A stretch of DNA of 49,180 nt from Armatimonadota bacterium (GTDB taxonomy: Bacteria > Sysuimicrobiota > Sysuimicrobiia > Sysuimicrobiales > Humicultoraceae). Below, piece by piece: positions 1-9,784 of the stretch; positions within the stretch are counted from its first letter, which is position 1; every line of letters begins with the position of its first letter. The stretch is from assembly GCA_052386995.1 (NCBI GenBank), contig JBQTJP010000053.1:1-49180 (forward strand), written 5' to 3'. The notes under the pieces are model-generated. The model saw nothing but the letters and a program-made list of their open reading frames with translations, did not search any database and was not told the DNA's origin. The translations under genes were made by a program, and so were the position numbers.

Positions 1-1142
1 GCCTCGGTCACGCGGAACGAGCAGCGGTAGGCGATGCCGCCCGGCGGCTTGTTCGTGTAGACCCCATCGACCTCCACGTGCGCGGCCTTGAAATCATACG
101 AGCCGGTACAGATGTGGAACAGTCCCGCGGGAAACTTTGAGGGATTGGCCGCGGCGTCGGCGTAGCCGTGGTCGGCGATCGTCTTGATCCGCAGCGCCGT
201 GAGCGTCCCGTCCTTCTTTGCCGCCAGCTCGGCGCTGATGTGATAGTCGCGCGCGAACGAATCGGCCTGAAGGTTCTCCATCCGGTCTTCCATCCACTTG
301 ACCGGCGCGCCGGTCAGCACCGACGCCGCGACGGCGATCACGTAGCCCGGGTAAACAGGCACCTTACCCCCGAACCCACCGCCGATGTCGGGGGAGATGA
401 TCCGGATCTTGTGCTCGGCCAGGCCGACGTGGCCCGCCACCAGGGCGAAGACCGTGCGGATCGCGTGGGGCGCCTGGGTCGTCATCCAGACCGTCAGCTT
501 GCCCGAGACCTTGTCGAACTGGGCGATGCAGCCGCAGGTCTCAATCGAGGCCACGTGGATGCGCGGAAGGTAGATCTGCTCTTTGACCGTTACCTCCGCC
601 TCTTTGAAGGCGCGTTCGGTGGCGGCTTTGTCGCCCCATTCCCAATGCCAGATGTGATTGTCCTTCTTATCCTTCTTGTCGGTGCGGAGCACCGGGGCGC
701 CGGGCTCCAGGGCCTTCTTGGGATCCACGACGACGGAGAGCTGCTCGTATTCCACCTCCACCGCCTCGACCCCATCCGCGGCGATGTACCGGTCCGTGGC
801 CAGGACCGCCGCCACCTCCTGCGCCTGGTACATCACCTTCTCCACAGGCAGCACCATCTGGGTGTCGGACATCAGGGTCGGCATCCAGTGGAGGTTGTAC
901 TTGGCCAGATCCGCCCCGGTGATGACGGCGAGCACACCGGGGATGGCCATGGCCTTGGAGCTATCGATGTTCTTGATCTTGGCGTGGGCGAACGGGCTGC
1001 GAACGATGTCGAGGTAGAGCATGCCGGGCAACTGAATGTCATCGACATAGGTGCCCTTGCCCCTGATGAAGCGGGGATCTTCCTTGCGCTTCACCGAGTG
1101 CCCCATCCCTCCAACTTCGGGCGACGTCTTGGGCGCCATCAT
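1..1142 (-). CDS. coxL: Aerobic carbon monoxide dehydrogenase large (Mo-Cu) subunit, form I; 5' part only, runs off the window start
   Basis: Not in the ORF track because it has no stop in the window. Manual translation from ATG 1142 (or 1139): [35 protein letters not shown]...[10 protein letters not shown]...[19 protein letters not shown]. The form I signature AYRCSFR is at 12-32. Start overlaps the coxS stop. Confidence 0.96.
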   Translation of the reverse strand, partial: MMAPKTSPEVGGMGHSVKRKEDPRFIRGKGTYVDDIQLPGMLYLDIVRSPFAHAKIKNIDSSKAMAIPGVLAVITGADLAKYNLHWMPTLMSDTQMVLPVEKVMYQAQEVAAVLATDRYIAADGVEAVEVEYEQLSVVVDPKKALEPGAPVLRTDKKDKKDNHIWHWEWGDKAATERAFKEAEVTVKEQIYLPRIHVASIETCGCIAQFDKVSGKLTVWMTTQAPHAIRTVFALVAGHVGLAEHKIRIISPDIGGGFGGKVPVYPGYVIAVAASVLTGAPVKWMEDRMENLQADSFARDYHISAELAAKKDGTLTALRIKTIADHGYADAAANPSKFPAGLFHICTGSYDFKAAHVEVDGVYTNKPPGGIAYRCSFRVTE

Positions 1143-1612
1143 GCCCCTCCCTGCCGCGCCTTGGCAGCGGCGTGCTCGACGGACTTGACGATATTGACGT
1201 AACCGGTGCAGCGGCACAGGTTGCCCGATATGGCCCACCGGATTTCATCCTCCGATGGGCTTGAGTTCTTCTTCAAGAACGCGTAGCTGGTCATCAGCAT
1301 ACCGGGCGTGCAGTAGCCGCACTGGAGGCCGTGCTCCGCCATGAAGCCTTCCTGCACCGGATGCAACTTTCCGTCCTGTTCCAAACCCTCCACGGTCATG
1401 ATCTCTCGGCCATGAGCCTGCACCGCAAAGACCGTACACGATTTGACCGGCCGCCCATCGAGGAGGACGGTGCACGCCCCACAGTGGGTGGTGTCGCAGC
1501 CGATGTGCGTCCCGGTCAGCCGCAGGACGTCGCGGATGAGGTGCACGAGGAGGAGCCTCGGCTCGACGTCGGCGCCGTGCTTCGCTCCGTTGATGGTAAC
1601 GTCTACGCGCAT
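1139..1612 (-). CDS. coxS: CO dehydrogenase small subunit, two [2Fe-2S] clusters
   Basis: [20 protein letters not shown] and NLCRCTGY motifs; lies between coxM and coxL; GGAGG 8 nt before ATG 1612 (ORF track starts at GTG 1621). Confidence 0.95.
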   Translation of the reverse strand: MRVDVTINGAKHGADVEPRLLLVHLIRDVLRLTGTHIGCDTTHCGACTVLLDGRPVKSCTVFAVQAHGREIMTVEGLEQDGKLHPVQEGFMAEHGLQCGYCTPGMLMTSYAFLKKNSSPSEDEIRWAISGNLCRCTGYVNIVKSVEHAAAKARQGGA

Positions 1613-1617
1613 CGTCT

Positions 1618-2493
1618 TCACCTCCCGCCGCCGGCGCGCTCAAGCGCTTTTCTGAGCGCCCTGGCCGTCAGCACCCTGACGAGATCACGTTTGTACTCTG
1701 CCGGTCCTCGGAGGTCTTCCGTGGGCTCGGACTCCTCGGCGGCCTGCGCTGCCGCCTGCGCGATGGTCCGCTCGTCTGGGCGTTTGCCGACGAGCACTCC
1801 TTCGGCCCGCTTCGCCTTGATCGGCGTTACCCCCACGCTTGTGAGCCCGATGCCGGCCGACTCGCAGTTTCCATTTGCGCTCAAGGTGACCTGGACCGCT
1901 ACGGCGACGGTGGCGAAGTCTCCAACCTTCCGCTCAAGCTTGACATAGGCTCCGCCGCTGCGGGGGCGTGGCGCAGGAATCCTGATCTCCGTGAGGATCT
2001 CGTCGGGCGCCAGCGCCGTGGCAAAGGGACCTGTGAAAAACCCCGCGATGGGGATGCGTCTCGCGCCCTTCGGTCCAACGGCCACCACTTCGGCGCCCAG
2101 GGCGAGCATCGTCGCGGGGTGGTCGTTGGCGGGGTCGGCGTGGGCCACGTTGCCACACACCGTGGCCAGGTTCCTCACGAGAGGGTCGGCGATCATCTTG
2201 CTGGTGTCGTGGAGAATTGGGTATTTCGAGCGGATGAGGTCGGACTCTTCGAGATCGGACTCCCGGACGAGTGCACCGATGGCGAGCACCCCGTCGGCCT
2301 CGCGTATATGCGAGAGGCCCTGAATGCGGTTGATATCGATGATGTGCCTGGGGGTTGCCAGCCTCAGCTTCATCAACGGGATGAGGCTCTGGCCTCCGGA
2401 GAGGATCTTTGCGTCTTCGCCGTGTCTGGCGAGCAGGGCGGTCGCTTCGTTGATTGAGGTGGGGGAGAAGTATTCGAAGGCGGCAGGGATCAT
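1618..2493 (-). CDS. coxM: CO dehydrogenase medium (FAD) subunit
   Basis: [11 protein letters not shown] start, [47 protein letters not shown] order typical of form I cox operons. Confidence 0.93.
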   Translation of the reverse strand: MIPAAFEYFSPTSINEATALLARHGEDAKILSGGQSLIPLMKLRLATPRHIIDINRIQGLSHIREADGVLAIGALVRESDLEESDLIRSKYPILHDTSKMIADPLVRNLATVCGNVAHADPANDHPATMLALGAEVVAVGPKGARRIPIAGFFTGPFATALAPDEILTEIRIPAPRPRSGGAYVKLERKVGDFATVAVAVQVTLSANGNCESAGIGLTSVGVTPIKAKRAEGVLVGKRPDERTIAQAAAQAAEESEPTEDLRGPAEYKRDLVRVLTARALRKALERAGGGR

Positions 2494-2596
2494 CGTCTTC
2501 GCTCCCTTCCGGTGATTTGCTGGCGGGCGCGTGCCGGGAGCCCGCGTATGAATGAGACGTGGCCGGTTGACTAGGGGGTTACGACCGTGGGCCGCC

Positions 2597-3502
2597 TTAT
2601 CCTGCACCTCCGGCGGAAGTTCGTCTCGAGCGCCCGCCCCGAGCCCGATCCCGGGCCAGCATCAATGCCCGCCGGGTGAGCACCCGGGCCAGATGCAGAC
2701 GGTAGGCCGCGCCGGCGTGGATGTCCGTGTTCGCATCGATGCCGTCTGCAGCGGCGCCCGAGGCCTGCGCCAGCCGCTCGTCGGTTGGGTCCTGGCCCGC
2801 GACGCCCTCCTCAACGGCCTTCGCGCGGTAGGCGGTCGGAGCAACGCCGGTGATACCAACGCGTACGTGCGCCGCGCGCCCGTCGCCATCCAGCCCGACC
2901 GCGGCGGCCACGCCGGCCAAGGCGAACCCCGATGCCGGGTTTGGCATTTTTAAATAAGCCGCGCCAAACGCGGTCGACCCGACCGGGACGACAACCTCGA
3001 TGAGCAATTCTCCGGGCCGCAGCGCCGTCGTCATGACGCCCCGGAAGAACTCCGACGCCGGCACGGTCCGGGCTCCGTCGCGGCCCTGCAGGGCGAACTC
3101 GGCGTCCAGCGCGAGTACCATCGCAGGGTAGTCGGCCGCGGGATCGGCGTGGGCGAGGCTGCCGCCAACGGTGCCGAGATTGCGCACCTGGAGATCCCCA
3201 ATGGCCGCCGCGGTCTCGGCAAGCCCGGGCGCGGCACGGCGCACCGCGGCAGTCGATTCGACCATCCAGTGCGTTGCCAGCGCCCCCACGTGCAGGCGGC
3301 CGTCGCGCACGCGGATGCGCCGCAGCGCCGCGATCCGACCGATATCGATGAGGTGGGCGGGCGCGGCGAGGCGCAGCTTCATCAGGGCGAGAAGACTCTG
3401 TCCCCCTGCCAGCACTTTCGCGTCGGCGCCATGGTCGGCCAACAGGCGAAGCGCGGCCTCGACCGTCCGTGGCCGATGATAGGTGAACGCGGCCGGGATC
3501 AT
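2597..3502 (-). CDS. Second CoxM/XdhB-family FAD-binding subunit
   Basis: MIPAAFTYHRP, AGGQSLLALMKLRL, RNLGTVGGSLAHADPAAD motifs; ATGA overlap with coxG. Confidence 0.9.
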   Translation of the reverse strand: MIPAAFTYHRPRTVEAALRLLADHGADAKVLAGGQSLLALMKLRLAAPAHLIDIGRIAALRRIRVRDGRLHVGALATHWMVESTAAVRRAAPGLAETAAAIGDLQVRNLGTVGGSLAHADPAADYPAMVLALDAEFALQGRDGARTVPASEFFRGVMTTALRPGELLIEVVVPVGSTAFGAAYLKMPNPASGFALAGVAAAVGLDGDGRAAHVRVGITGVAPTAYRAKAVEEGVAGQDPTDERLAQASGAAADGIDANTDIHAGAAYRLHLARVLTRRALMLARDRARGGRSRRTSAGGAG

Positions 3503-3957
3503 CGCGGGGAATTCCCGCGGCGGCTCACTTCACGCTCGAGGGCTTTGAAAAATTCGCCGGCGAGCTGCTTGGCCACGCCCGGGATGAGGCGGTGTCCAAT
3601 GCTCATCAATGTCCCCGTGACCTGGGTGTCGCCGACATAGTGGACGGTGGTTGTGGCATCGCCGTTATCCCGCAAGGTCAGGCCGCCGCTCGCCTTGATC
3701 GTCCCGGCGCGCCCGCCGCCCTCGACGACGATGGTCATACGCTCCGGGGGAGCCTGATCGGTAATGCGCACCTTGCCCTGGTAGGAGCCTTTGACCGGGC
3801 CGACGGCCAGCTCGATGAGGGCGTCGAAGATGTTATCGCCCGCGGGCGTCAACTGCTTGAGCCCCGGTGTTGTTTTGGCGAGAACGTCTGGATCATTGAG
3901 GGCCGCCCAGACCGCCTCGCGGGGCGCCGAAAACCGATACTCGCCTTCAATCTTCAC
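3499..3957 (-). CDS. coxG: CoxG-like (SRPBCC fold) CODH accessory protein
   Basis: MKIEGEYRFSAPREAVWAALNDPDVLAKTTPG, AVGPVKGSYQGKV and VTGTLMSIGHRLI match the CoxG pattern; cox context. Confidence 0.88.
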   Translation of the reverse strand: MKIEGEYRFSAPREAVWAALNDPDVLAKTTPGLKQLTPAGDNIFDALIELAVGPVKGSYQGKVRITDQAPPERMTIVVEGGGRAGTIKASGGLTLRDNGDATTTVHYVGDTQVTGTLMSIGHRLIPGVAKQLAGEFFKALEREVSRRGNSPR

Positions 3958-4098
3958 CGATCGCCTCCTCTGTGCTCAGCGCCGCATGCCCGGCAGCTCG
4001 ACAGGTCTCAGCATAATAAGGAAACAGGGACGCAGGCAAGAACCCACGTCCCCACCTGCCCTCCGGGTGATGACCGGTCGGAGGGTAAAAAGCGCCGG

Positions 4099-4518
4099 CT
4101 AGAAAGCGGCGAATGTGGCGGGAAAGGCCTTGTTGATTCCGCCGACCAGCCGTCGGGCCCATTGTCGGGCGAGCTCCAGCGTCGTGACCTTGACGCCGGT
4201 GTCGGCCGCGTCTTCTGGAGTCACCGTGAGAATCACCGCGTCCTCCACCATGATCGCAGCGCTCGGGCCGACCGGCCGCACCGTGAGCGTCACCCCCCTC
4301 TCGCGGTACCGGGGGTTGCTCAGAACGTTTGTGATTCTCCGCTCAACGTCGGCGACGCGGTCTGTCAGGGACATCCCCGCGATTCCGCGCGTGAGCCGGA
4401 ACGACCACACGCCGCCCACCGAGATATCTCCGAGCTCGGCGAACGCAGGACGGGTGACTCCCATGACGAGACTTCCCACCGCCATGAGTACGATGAGTGC
4501 GGTCAGGTTCGTCCGCAT
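4099..4518 (-). CDS. Hypothetical exported protein
   Basis: Signal-peptide-like N-terminus (MRTNLTALIVLMAVGSLVMGVTRPAFA); GGAGGG upstream of ATG 4518. Confidence 0.75.
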   Translation of the reverse strand: MRTNLTALIVLMAVGSLVMGVTRPAFAELGDISVGGVWSFRLTRGIAGMSLTDRVADVERRITNVLSNPRYRERGVTLTVRPVGPSAAIMVEDAVILTVTPEDAADTGVKVTTLELARQWARRLVGGINKAFPATFAAF

Positions 4519-4716
4519 TGACGTTCCCTCCCTGATGCACATGTCATCTCGAGAGCGCGCGCATGCGATTTTGCGCCCTCAAGTAATGTTACCCCGGGGG
4601 ACTCCCGAGGCAAACGGCCGCCGCATCGGCCCCCTGTTCTGATAACCTCTGCCTTGGGCATAATGGATGTTGAGTACATTTGCCAGAGAGACCGAGTCAT
4701 CCTGCGGGGTGCTTCC

Positions 4717-5319
4717 ATGACGACGCTACGCATAGTCCTGATTGCCTGCTGCCTCGGCGCACTTCTGGGCGGAACACCTCACGGCGCGGCCGTTGTCGCC
4801 GCCCCGGGCGAGGGCGGAGGCGGCATCGACGAGCCCAAGCCCGGCACCAATCCGTTGGGCGATGCACTGATCGTCGCCGGTCAGCGCGTTGGCCCCGCAC
4901 GCCTCAGCATGACGGTGGACCAGATCACCGCCGCGATCGGGATCCGTCCAAAGCGCGACGAGTTTCCGCCGGATGGCATCATTCTGTACGAATGGCGCGC
5001 AGAGGGCCTGTGGGTGTCGGTGTCCATGGCGTCGAAAGCCGTTCGCGTCATCAGCGCGTTCGGCACGTCGGACAAGTACCGCACGGAGAAAGGCGTCTCG
5101 CTCCTGCACCCACGCGGAAAGATGGAAGCCGTCTACGGCAAAGCTTACAAGGAGTACACCTACACTCAGGACGAGATCACGCTCGTCCGCTATCACGACC
5201 TGGGACTGCAGTTCGGCCTCGTCAACAAGCCGAGCCAAGGGCCCATTCACAACCGCATCTTTCAGATCGGCGTCTTCAAGCCGGGAGATCTGGCGCCTGT
5301 TCGCCGGCCGACTCGATAG
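4717..5319 (+). CDS. Hypothetical exported protein
   Basis: Hydrophobic N-terminus from MTTLRIVLIACCLG; genome-like codon usage; no family recognised. Confidence 0.7.
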   Translation: MTTLRIVLIACCLGALLGGTPHGAAVVAAPGEGGGGIDEPKPGTNPLGDALIVAGQRVGPARLSMTVDQITAAIGIRPKRDEFPPDGIILYEWRAEGLWVSVSMASKAVRVISAFGTSDKYRTEKGVSLLHPRGKMEAVYGKAYKEYTYTQDEITLVRYHDLGLQFGLVNKPSQGPIHNRIFQIGVFKPGDLAPVRRPTR

Positions 5320-5360
5320 CGACACTCCACGCTCCGAGCAGATGTCGCGCTGACGCGCGC

Positions 5361-5386
5361 GGGGGCGGGTGTTCTTTCCCGCCCCC
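5361..5386. terminator. GC-rich hairpin between convergent genes, possible bidirectional terminator
   Basis: GGGGGCGGG-tgttcttt-CCCGCCCCC, a perfect 9-bp stem; no clear U-tract. Confidence 0.45.
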
Positions 5387-5411
5387 ACACCATCGTCTTC
5401 CCAGTCGAGAG

Positions 5412-6422
5412 TTACTTCTTCGTCGCCATCTCCCAGATCTCGTGCGTGTAGGCGCCCGCATCGGCCGGCTTCTTGATGACGCCGAACTTCAGGGCGATGT
5501 CGGCGGTGCGCTGAAACGCCGCCGGGTCCATCTTGCCGAACGGGGTCGTCGGCGGGGGCGGGCCCCAGATGAGCTTGTTGATCTCGGTCATCATCCACGT
5601 CTGGTGCGGCTTGGGGAGCGTGGGGCTCTGTTTGAGCACGATCTCCACACAGTCGGCCGCGTTGTCGCGGCAGTACTCCCATCCCTTGAGCGTCGCGCGC
5701 AGGAAGCGGGCGGCGATCTCCTTGTTCTTGGCGTCCTTCAGCCAGTCTTCCTTGACGAAGATGCCATCCTCCAGCATCGCGGTGCCTTCCTGGTTGAAGT
5801 CGACCACGAAGAGATCTTCGGGCTTCGCGCCGCCGTCGAGTACCTGCTTGTACTCGTTGTACGTCATGGCGGACGCCGCCGCGACCTCCTTCTTGAGCAG
5901 CAGGTTCATGTCAAAGGGCTGCTGGACCAAGGTGACGTCCTTGTTGCGGTCCAGCTTGTATTTTTCCAGCGTCGCCAGCAGGGCAAACTCGTTTCCGCCG
6001 AACCAGACCGCGATCTTCTTGCCTTTGTAGTCCGCGGGGCTCGTGATGCCGGAGTCCTTCCACGAGACCTGGCGCATGCCGCTGTAAGTGAAGACCTGCG
6101 CGATGTTGACCAGCGGGACACCCTGGTCGCGCGAAGACAGCAGGCTGGGCAGCCAGTCAAGCCCGAACTCGGCCCCGCCACCGGCCACGACCTGCTCGGG
6201 CACGATGTCCGGGCCGCCGGGTTGAATCGTGACGTCGAGATTCTCCTGCGTGTAGTAGCCTTTCTCCTTTGCGGCGTAGTAGCCCGCGAATTGCGCCTGC
6301 GTCACCCACTTCAATTGTACGCGGACCTTCGCCGTGTCGACCGCCGCCTGTCGCTGTCCGCACGCCGCGGTCGCAAAAACGATGAGTGCGACAAGCGTCA
6401 GCCATTCCCACCGCTTCCGCAT
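5412..6422 (-). CDS. ABC transporter substrate-binding protein, NMT1/THI5 family (pyrimidine-like substrates)
   Basis: QLKWVTQAQFAGYYAAKEKGYY, IQPGGPDIVP and AASAMTYNEY motifs; possible lipobox TAAC. Confidence 0.92.
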   Translation of the reverse strand: MRKRWEWLTLVALIVFATAACGQRQAAVDTAKVRVQLKWVTQAQFAGYYAAKEKGYYTQENLDVTIQPGGPDIVPEQVVAGGGAEFGLDWLPSLLSSRDQGVPLVNIAQVFTYSGMRQVSWKDSGITSPADYKGKKIAVWFGGNEFALLATLEKYKLDRNKDVTLVQQPFDMNLLLKKEVAAASAMTYNEYKQVLDGGAKPEDLFVVDFNQEGTAMLEDGIFVKEDWLKDAKNKEIAARFLRATLKGWEYCRDNAADCVEIVLKQSPTLPKPHQTWMMTEINKLIWGPPPPTTPFGKMDPAAFQRTADIALKFGVIKKPADAGAYTHEIWEMATKK

Positions 6423-6529
6423 ACTCCGGCCTCCCCTCACATTGCCATGCTTCGGCGGTATGAGCCCTTCGGCGCGCCGCTGATCTCACCTGCTTCACGC
6501 GATCCGCGCGGCGGGAAGAGCGCCTTCAT

Positions 6530-7330
6530 CTACTGCTCCCGTGCGGAGACATGCCAGGGCATGACGAGCCGCTCCACGACCACGACGACCACGTAGAACG
6601 CCAGTCCGAGCGCGCACGCCATCAGAATCGCCGACCACGCCTGCCGCGTCTGAAACAGCGCGGCGGTCGATTTGATGTACACGCCGAGCGACTTGGCCGG
6701 CCCGCCGAAGAATTCGCTCACCACGGCGCCGATCATGGCGAGGGTGGTCCCTACCTTGAAGGCGTTGAACATGTACGGGAGGCTCGTTGGGAGCCGCAGC
6801 TTGACGAAGACGTGCCCTTCGCCCGCGGCGTAGCTGCGCATCAGCTCCAGGCTCTGCGGCGAGACGGTGAACAACCCGCGCAGGGTGCTGATGAATGTCG
6901 GGAAGAAGGTCATCAGCGTCACGATCGCGATCTTCGATCCCTGCTCGACGCCGAACCACACGATCGCCAGCGGCGCCAGCGCGATGATCGGCACCGAGGC
7001 GGACGCGATGGCATAGGGGAGGATCAGGTCGGCAAATGCCGGTGACCGGCTCGCCGCCACGGCGGCGAGCACGCCTGCCCCACACCCGAGCGCGTATCCA
7101 ATGAGCGCCTCGCGAAACGTATAGAGGCCGGACTCGACGAGCACCGCGGCCTGCTCGCGAAAGGTTTGAACGATCACGTGCGGGGCCGGCAGCAGGTAGA
7201 ACTGAATCTTCAGACCGTAGACGGCGGCTTCCCACAGGAGGATCGCAATGATGAAGGCGACCGCCGGCGGGATGTAGTCGCGCAGCACGCGCGAGCGGCG
7301 GGCCAACGGGACGACGTGCGGGCGGGCCAT
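6530..7330 (-). CDS. ABC transporter permease (SsuC/TauC type)
   Basis: LLPAPH, PIIALAPLAIVWFG, KLRLPTSLPYMF and GAVVSEFFG motifs. Confidence 0.92.
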   Translation of the reverse strand: MARPHVVPLARRSRVLRDYIPPAVAFIIAILLWEAAVYGLKIQFYLLPAPHVIVQTFREQAAVLVESGLYTFREALIGYALGCGAGVLAAVAASRSPAFADLILPYAIASASVPIIALAPLAIVWFGVEQGSKIAIVTLMTFFPTFISTLRGLFTVSPQSLELMRSYAAGEGHVFVKLRLPTSLPYMFNAFKVGTTLAMIGAVVSEFFGGPAKSLGVYIKSTAALFQTRQAWSAILMACALGLAFYVVVVVVERLVMPWHVSAREQ

Positions 7331-7332
7331 GC

Positions 7333-8151
7333 CTAGGTGGGCTCACCCACCACGTCGCGCCCCGCGGCGACGGCGGGATCTTCCCGCAGCCCCTCGCGCA
7401 CCTGCGTCACGAGTTCAAAGAATCTCGGCAACGCGCGCGTGTGCGCCGTTCTCGGCCGGGGAAGATCCACCGTTACGGTCCGTTCGATCCGGCCCGGCCG
7501 AGGACTCATCACCATCACGCGATTGGAGAGAAAGACGGCCTCCGAGATGCTGTGGGTGATGAACAGCACGGTCGCGGATGTCTGGCTCCAGATGGTGAGC
7601 AGCTCGAGATTCAGGCGCTCGCGGGTGAGCTCATCTAGGGCTCCAAAGGGCTCGTCCATGAGCAGGATCGACGGGTTGAAGACCAGCGCACGTGCAATCG
7701 CCACGCGTTGCTGCATGCCACCCGAGAGCTGCCAGGGATAATGACGATGGAAGTCCCGGAGACCCACGAGCTGCAGCATCTCTCGCGCGCGACGGTCCCA
7801 CTCGACGCGGGGCCGTCCCATGACCTCCAGAGGCAACTCGACGTTGCGCAGCACGGTGCGCCACTCGTAGAGGACCGGGGTCTGAAAGACAATGCCGTAG
7901 TCGCGATCGAGGCGGGCCTGTCGGGGCGTCTTGCCTTTGACCGAGACGGCGCCGCTGGACGGTTCCACGAGGTCGCCCACGATGCGCAGGAGGGTCGACT
8001 TCCCGCACCCGGAGGGACCGATGATGGACACGAACTCGCCCGGCGCAACGGCCAGTGTTACGTCCCGCAGGGCGTGGGTGGTCTCCGTGCCGCGACCGAA
8101 GGTCTTTCCCACGTCGCGGACCTCTATGATTGGGCCGTCTACGCCTGCCAC
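7333..8151 (-). CDS. ABC transporter ATP-binding protein (SsuB/TauB type)
   Basis: Walker A GPSGCGKST, LSGGMQQR, LLMDEPFGALD; probable GTG start at 8151 (the ORF-track extension overlaps the permease). Confidence 0.93.
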   Translation of the reverse strand: MAGVDGPIIEVRDVGKTFGRGTETTHALRDVTLAVAPGEFVSIIGPSGCGKSTLLRIVGDLVEPSSGAVSVKGKTPRQARLDRDYGIVFQTPVLYEWRTVLRNVELPLEVMGRPRVEWDRRAREMLQLVGLRDFHRHYPWQLSGGMQQRVAIARALVFNPSILLMDEPFGALDELTRERLNLELLTIWSQTSATVLFITHSISEAVFLSNRVMVMSPRPGRIERTVTVDLPRPRTAHTRALPRFFELVTQVREGLREDPAVAAGRDVVGEPT

Positions 8152-8975
8152 TGTTCCGCGTCCGCCGGCCGCCAGGTGACGACGCGCCGCTCGACGGCCG
8201 CCACCGCGTGATAGAACACGATACCGATTGACGCGGACACGAGGATCGCGGCCCACAGGTTCGCGGGCCGCCAATTGTAGTATTGGGCCGCGTTGATGAT
8301 GACGACCCCCATGCCGAACCGGCTGCCGACGGGCAGCTCGCCGATGATCGCGCCGATGACGCTGGCCGTCGCCGAGATGCGCAGCGCGGTAAAGAGGTAG
8401 GGCAGCGCCGCAGGAAACTGCAGCTTGACAAAGATCTGCCGCGGCGCCGCGGCCAGCGCCCGCATGAGGGAAAGCGCGTCGCGATCCACAGAGTGGAAGC
8501 CGCGAAGCATGTTGATCGTCACCGGGAAGAAGGTGAGGTAGGCCGCGATGACGGCCTTGGAGACCCAGGAGGTCCCCAGCCAGACGACGACCATCGGCGC
8601 GATCGCGAGGATCGGGACCGTTTGCGAGGCGATCACGTACGGCAGCAGTCCGCGCTCCAGCAGCCGCCATCGGGCGAAGGTCACGGCGAGGGCCAGTCCC
8701 GCGACGCCCCCCAGCAGAAACCCGATGAGAGCCTCCCACGCCGTATACGCCGCGTTCTGGGCCATGATCAGCAGCCACAGTTCGCCCCGCCCGCCGCGCC
8801 GAAAGAAATCGCCAAGGATCTCATGGATGTGCGGCAGCATGTACGTCGGGATGTTGAAGAGAGCCTTCGCGCCTTCCCAGATGACGACAATAGCGGCTAT
8901 CAACGCGAGCGACAACCATGACCGCCGGGCCGTGCGCGGTGGCGCCGCGAGAGAGCGCGGGGTTGCGGCGGTCAC
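8139..8975 (-). CDS. ABC transporter permease (SsuC/TauC type)
   Basis: QTVPILAIAPMVVVWLG, KLQFPAALPYLF, IGAIIGE; GTGA overlap with the upstream methyltransferase stop. Confidence 0.92.
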   Translation of the reverse strand: MTAATPRSLAAPPRTARRSWLSLALIAAIVVIWEGAKALFNIPTYMLPHIHEILGDFFRRGGRGELWLLIMAQNAAYTAWEALIGFLLGGVAGLALAVTFARWRLLERGLLPYVIASQTVPILAIAPMVVVWLGTSWVSKAVIAAYLTFFPVTINMLRGFHSVDRDALSLMRALAAAPRQIFVKLQFPAALPYLFTALRISATASVIGAIIGELPVGSRFGMGVVIINAAQYYNWRPANLWAAILVSASIGIVFYHAVAAVERRVVTWRPADAEQWQA

Positions 8976-9784
8976 GGCGCCCGCCAGGCGTCCAGCAGGT
9001 CCTGGACCCGAGCTTTTCTCGCGTCGAAGACCCCGACATCTTTCGTGATACAGATCGAGCCCTTCGAATCAATTTCCCGTTCGACCAGCTTGACGAATTC
9101 GGACCATCTCTCGCCGACCGGATGCGATCTCATCGACAGGACATAATCGAGGAGCGGCTGCGTTTCGGTCACCATCAGGGAATCCTCGTACCGAAAGAGC
9201 GCGATCTCACGAAGCCACTTCGAAAGCAGCTCGGGTCCGGTCTCGAGGGAGAACCTGTCTAGGCTCCACGGGTGGGTGCTGCCAAACATATTGATGAGCT
9301 CCCGGAGCTCATGCATGTGATCCCTGCCTGTGGCTCCAACAAGGAAGCGTCCACCCGGACGAAGCACCCGATGGATTTCAGAGAGGGCTTGATTCAGATC
9401 TGGGACGTGCTGCATCACGAGAATAGCGATGGCTGCATCGAAACTCCCGGCCTCAAAAGGAATCGCTTGGGCATCGATCACCTCGAATGTGAACCGGCTG
9501 CGGCGCTCACCAAGATTGCGTTGCGCCTCCTGCAACATCCCTGGAGAGAAGTCTGAGAGCGTGATCTCCCAGTCGTCGGGAACGCGGTGGGCGTTTCCGA
9601 TCCAAAGACTGCCGGTGCCGCAACCCAATTCAAGAATCCGGCTCGCCGGGGGAAGATTGAACCGATCAAAGACCCACGACCACCACCCATAGGGGTTCGT
9701 GCTGAAACGGTGAAGTCGAATGCGCGCGTTGAGATTCGACGCATCCTTATATTGAACGTTTCGGAGATCGTCAGAATCTCTAAT
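8972..9784 (-). CDS. Class I SAM-dependent methyltransferase; start codon uncertain
   Basis: ILELGCGTG motif I, SDFSPGML, IPFEAGSFD, RVLRPGG; conserved-looking N-terminus QYKDASNLNARIRLH. No ATG/GTG/TTG near the expected start; ATT at 9784 is proposed. Confidence 0.8.
   Translation of the reverse strand: MRDSDDLRNVQYKDASNLNARIRLHRFSTNPYGWWSWVFDRFNLPPASRILELGCGTGSLWIGNAHRVPDDWEITLSDFSPGMLQEAQRNLGERRSRFTFEVIDAQAIPFEAGSFDAAIAILVMQHVPDLNQALSEIHRVLRPGGRFLVGATGRDHMHELRELINMFGSTHPWSLDRFSLETGPELLSKWLREIALFRYEDSLMVTETQPLLDYVLSMRSHPVGERWSEFVKLVEREIDSKGSICITKDVGVFDARKARVQDLLDAWRAP

Noticed and set aside
168..1202. 344-aa plus-strand ORF
   Set aside because: Antisense shadow of coxL; no motifs; expected in high-GC DNA.
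4680..6596. 638-aa plus-strand ORF
   Set aside because: Overlaps a same-strand gene in another frame and lies antisense to the THI5 SBP; low-complexity Arg-rich translation.
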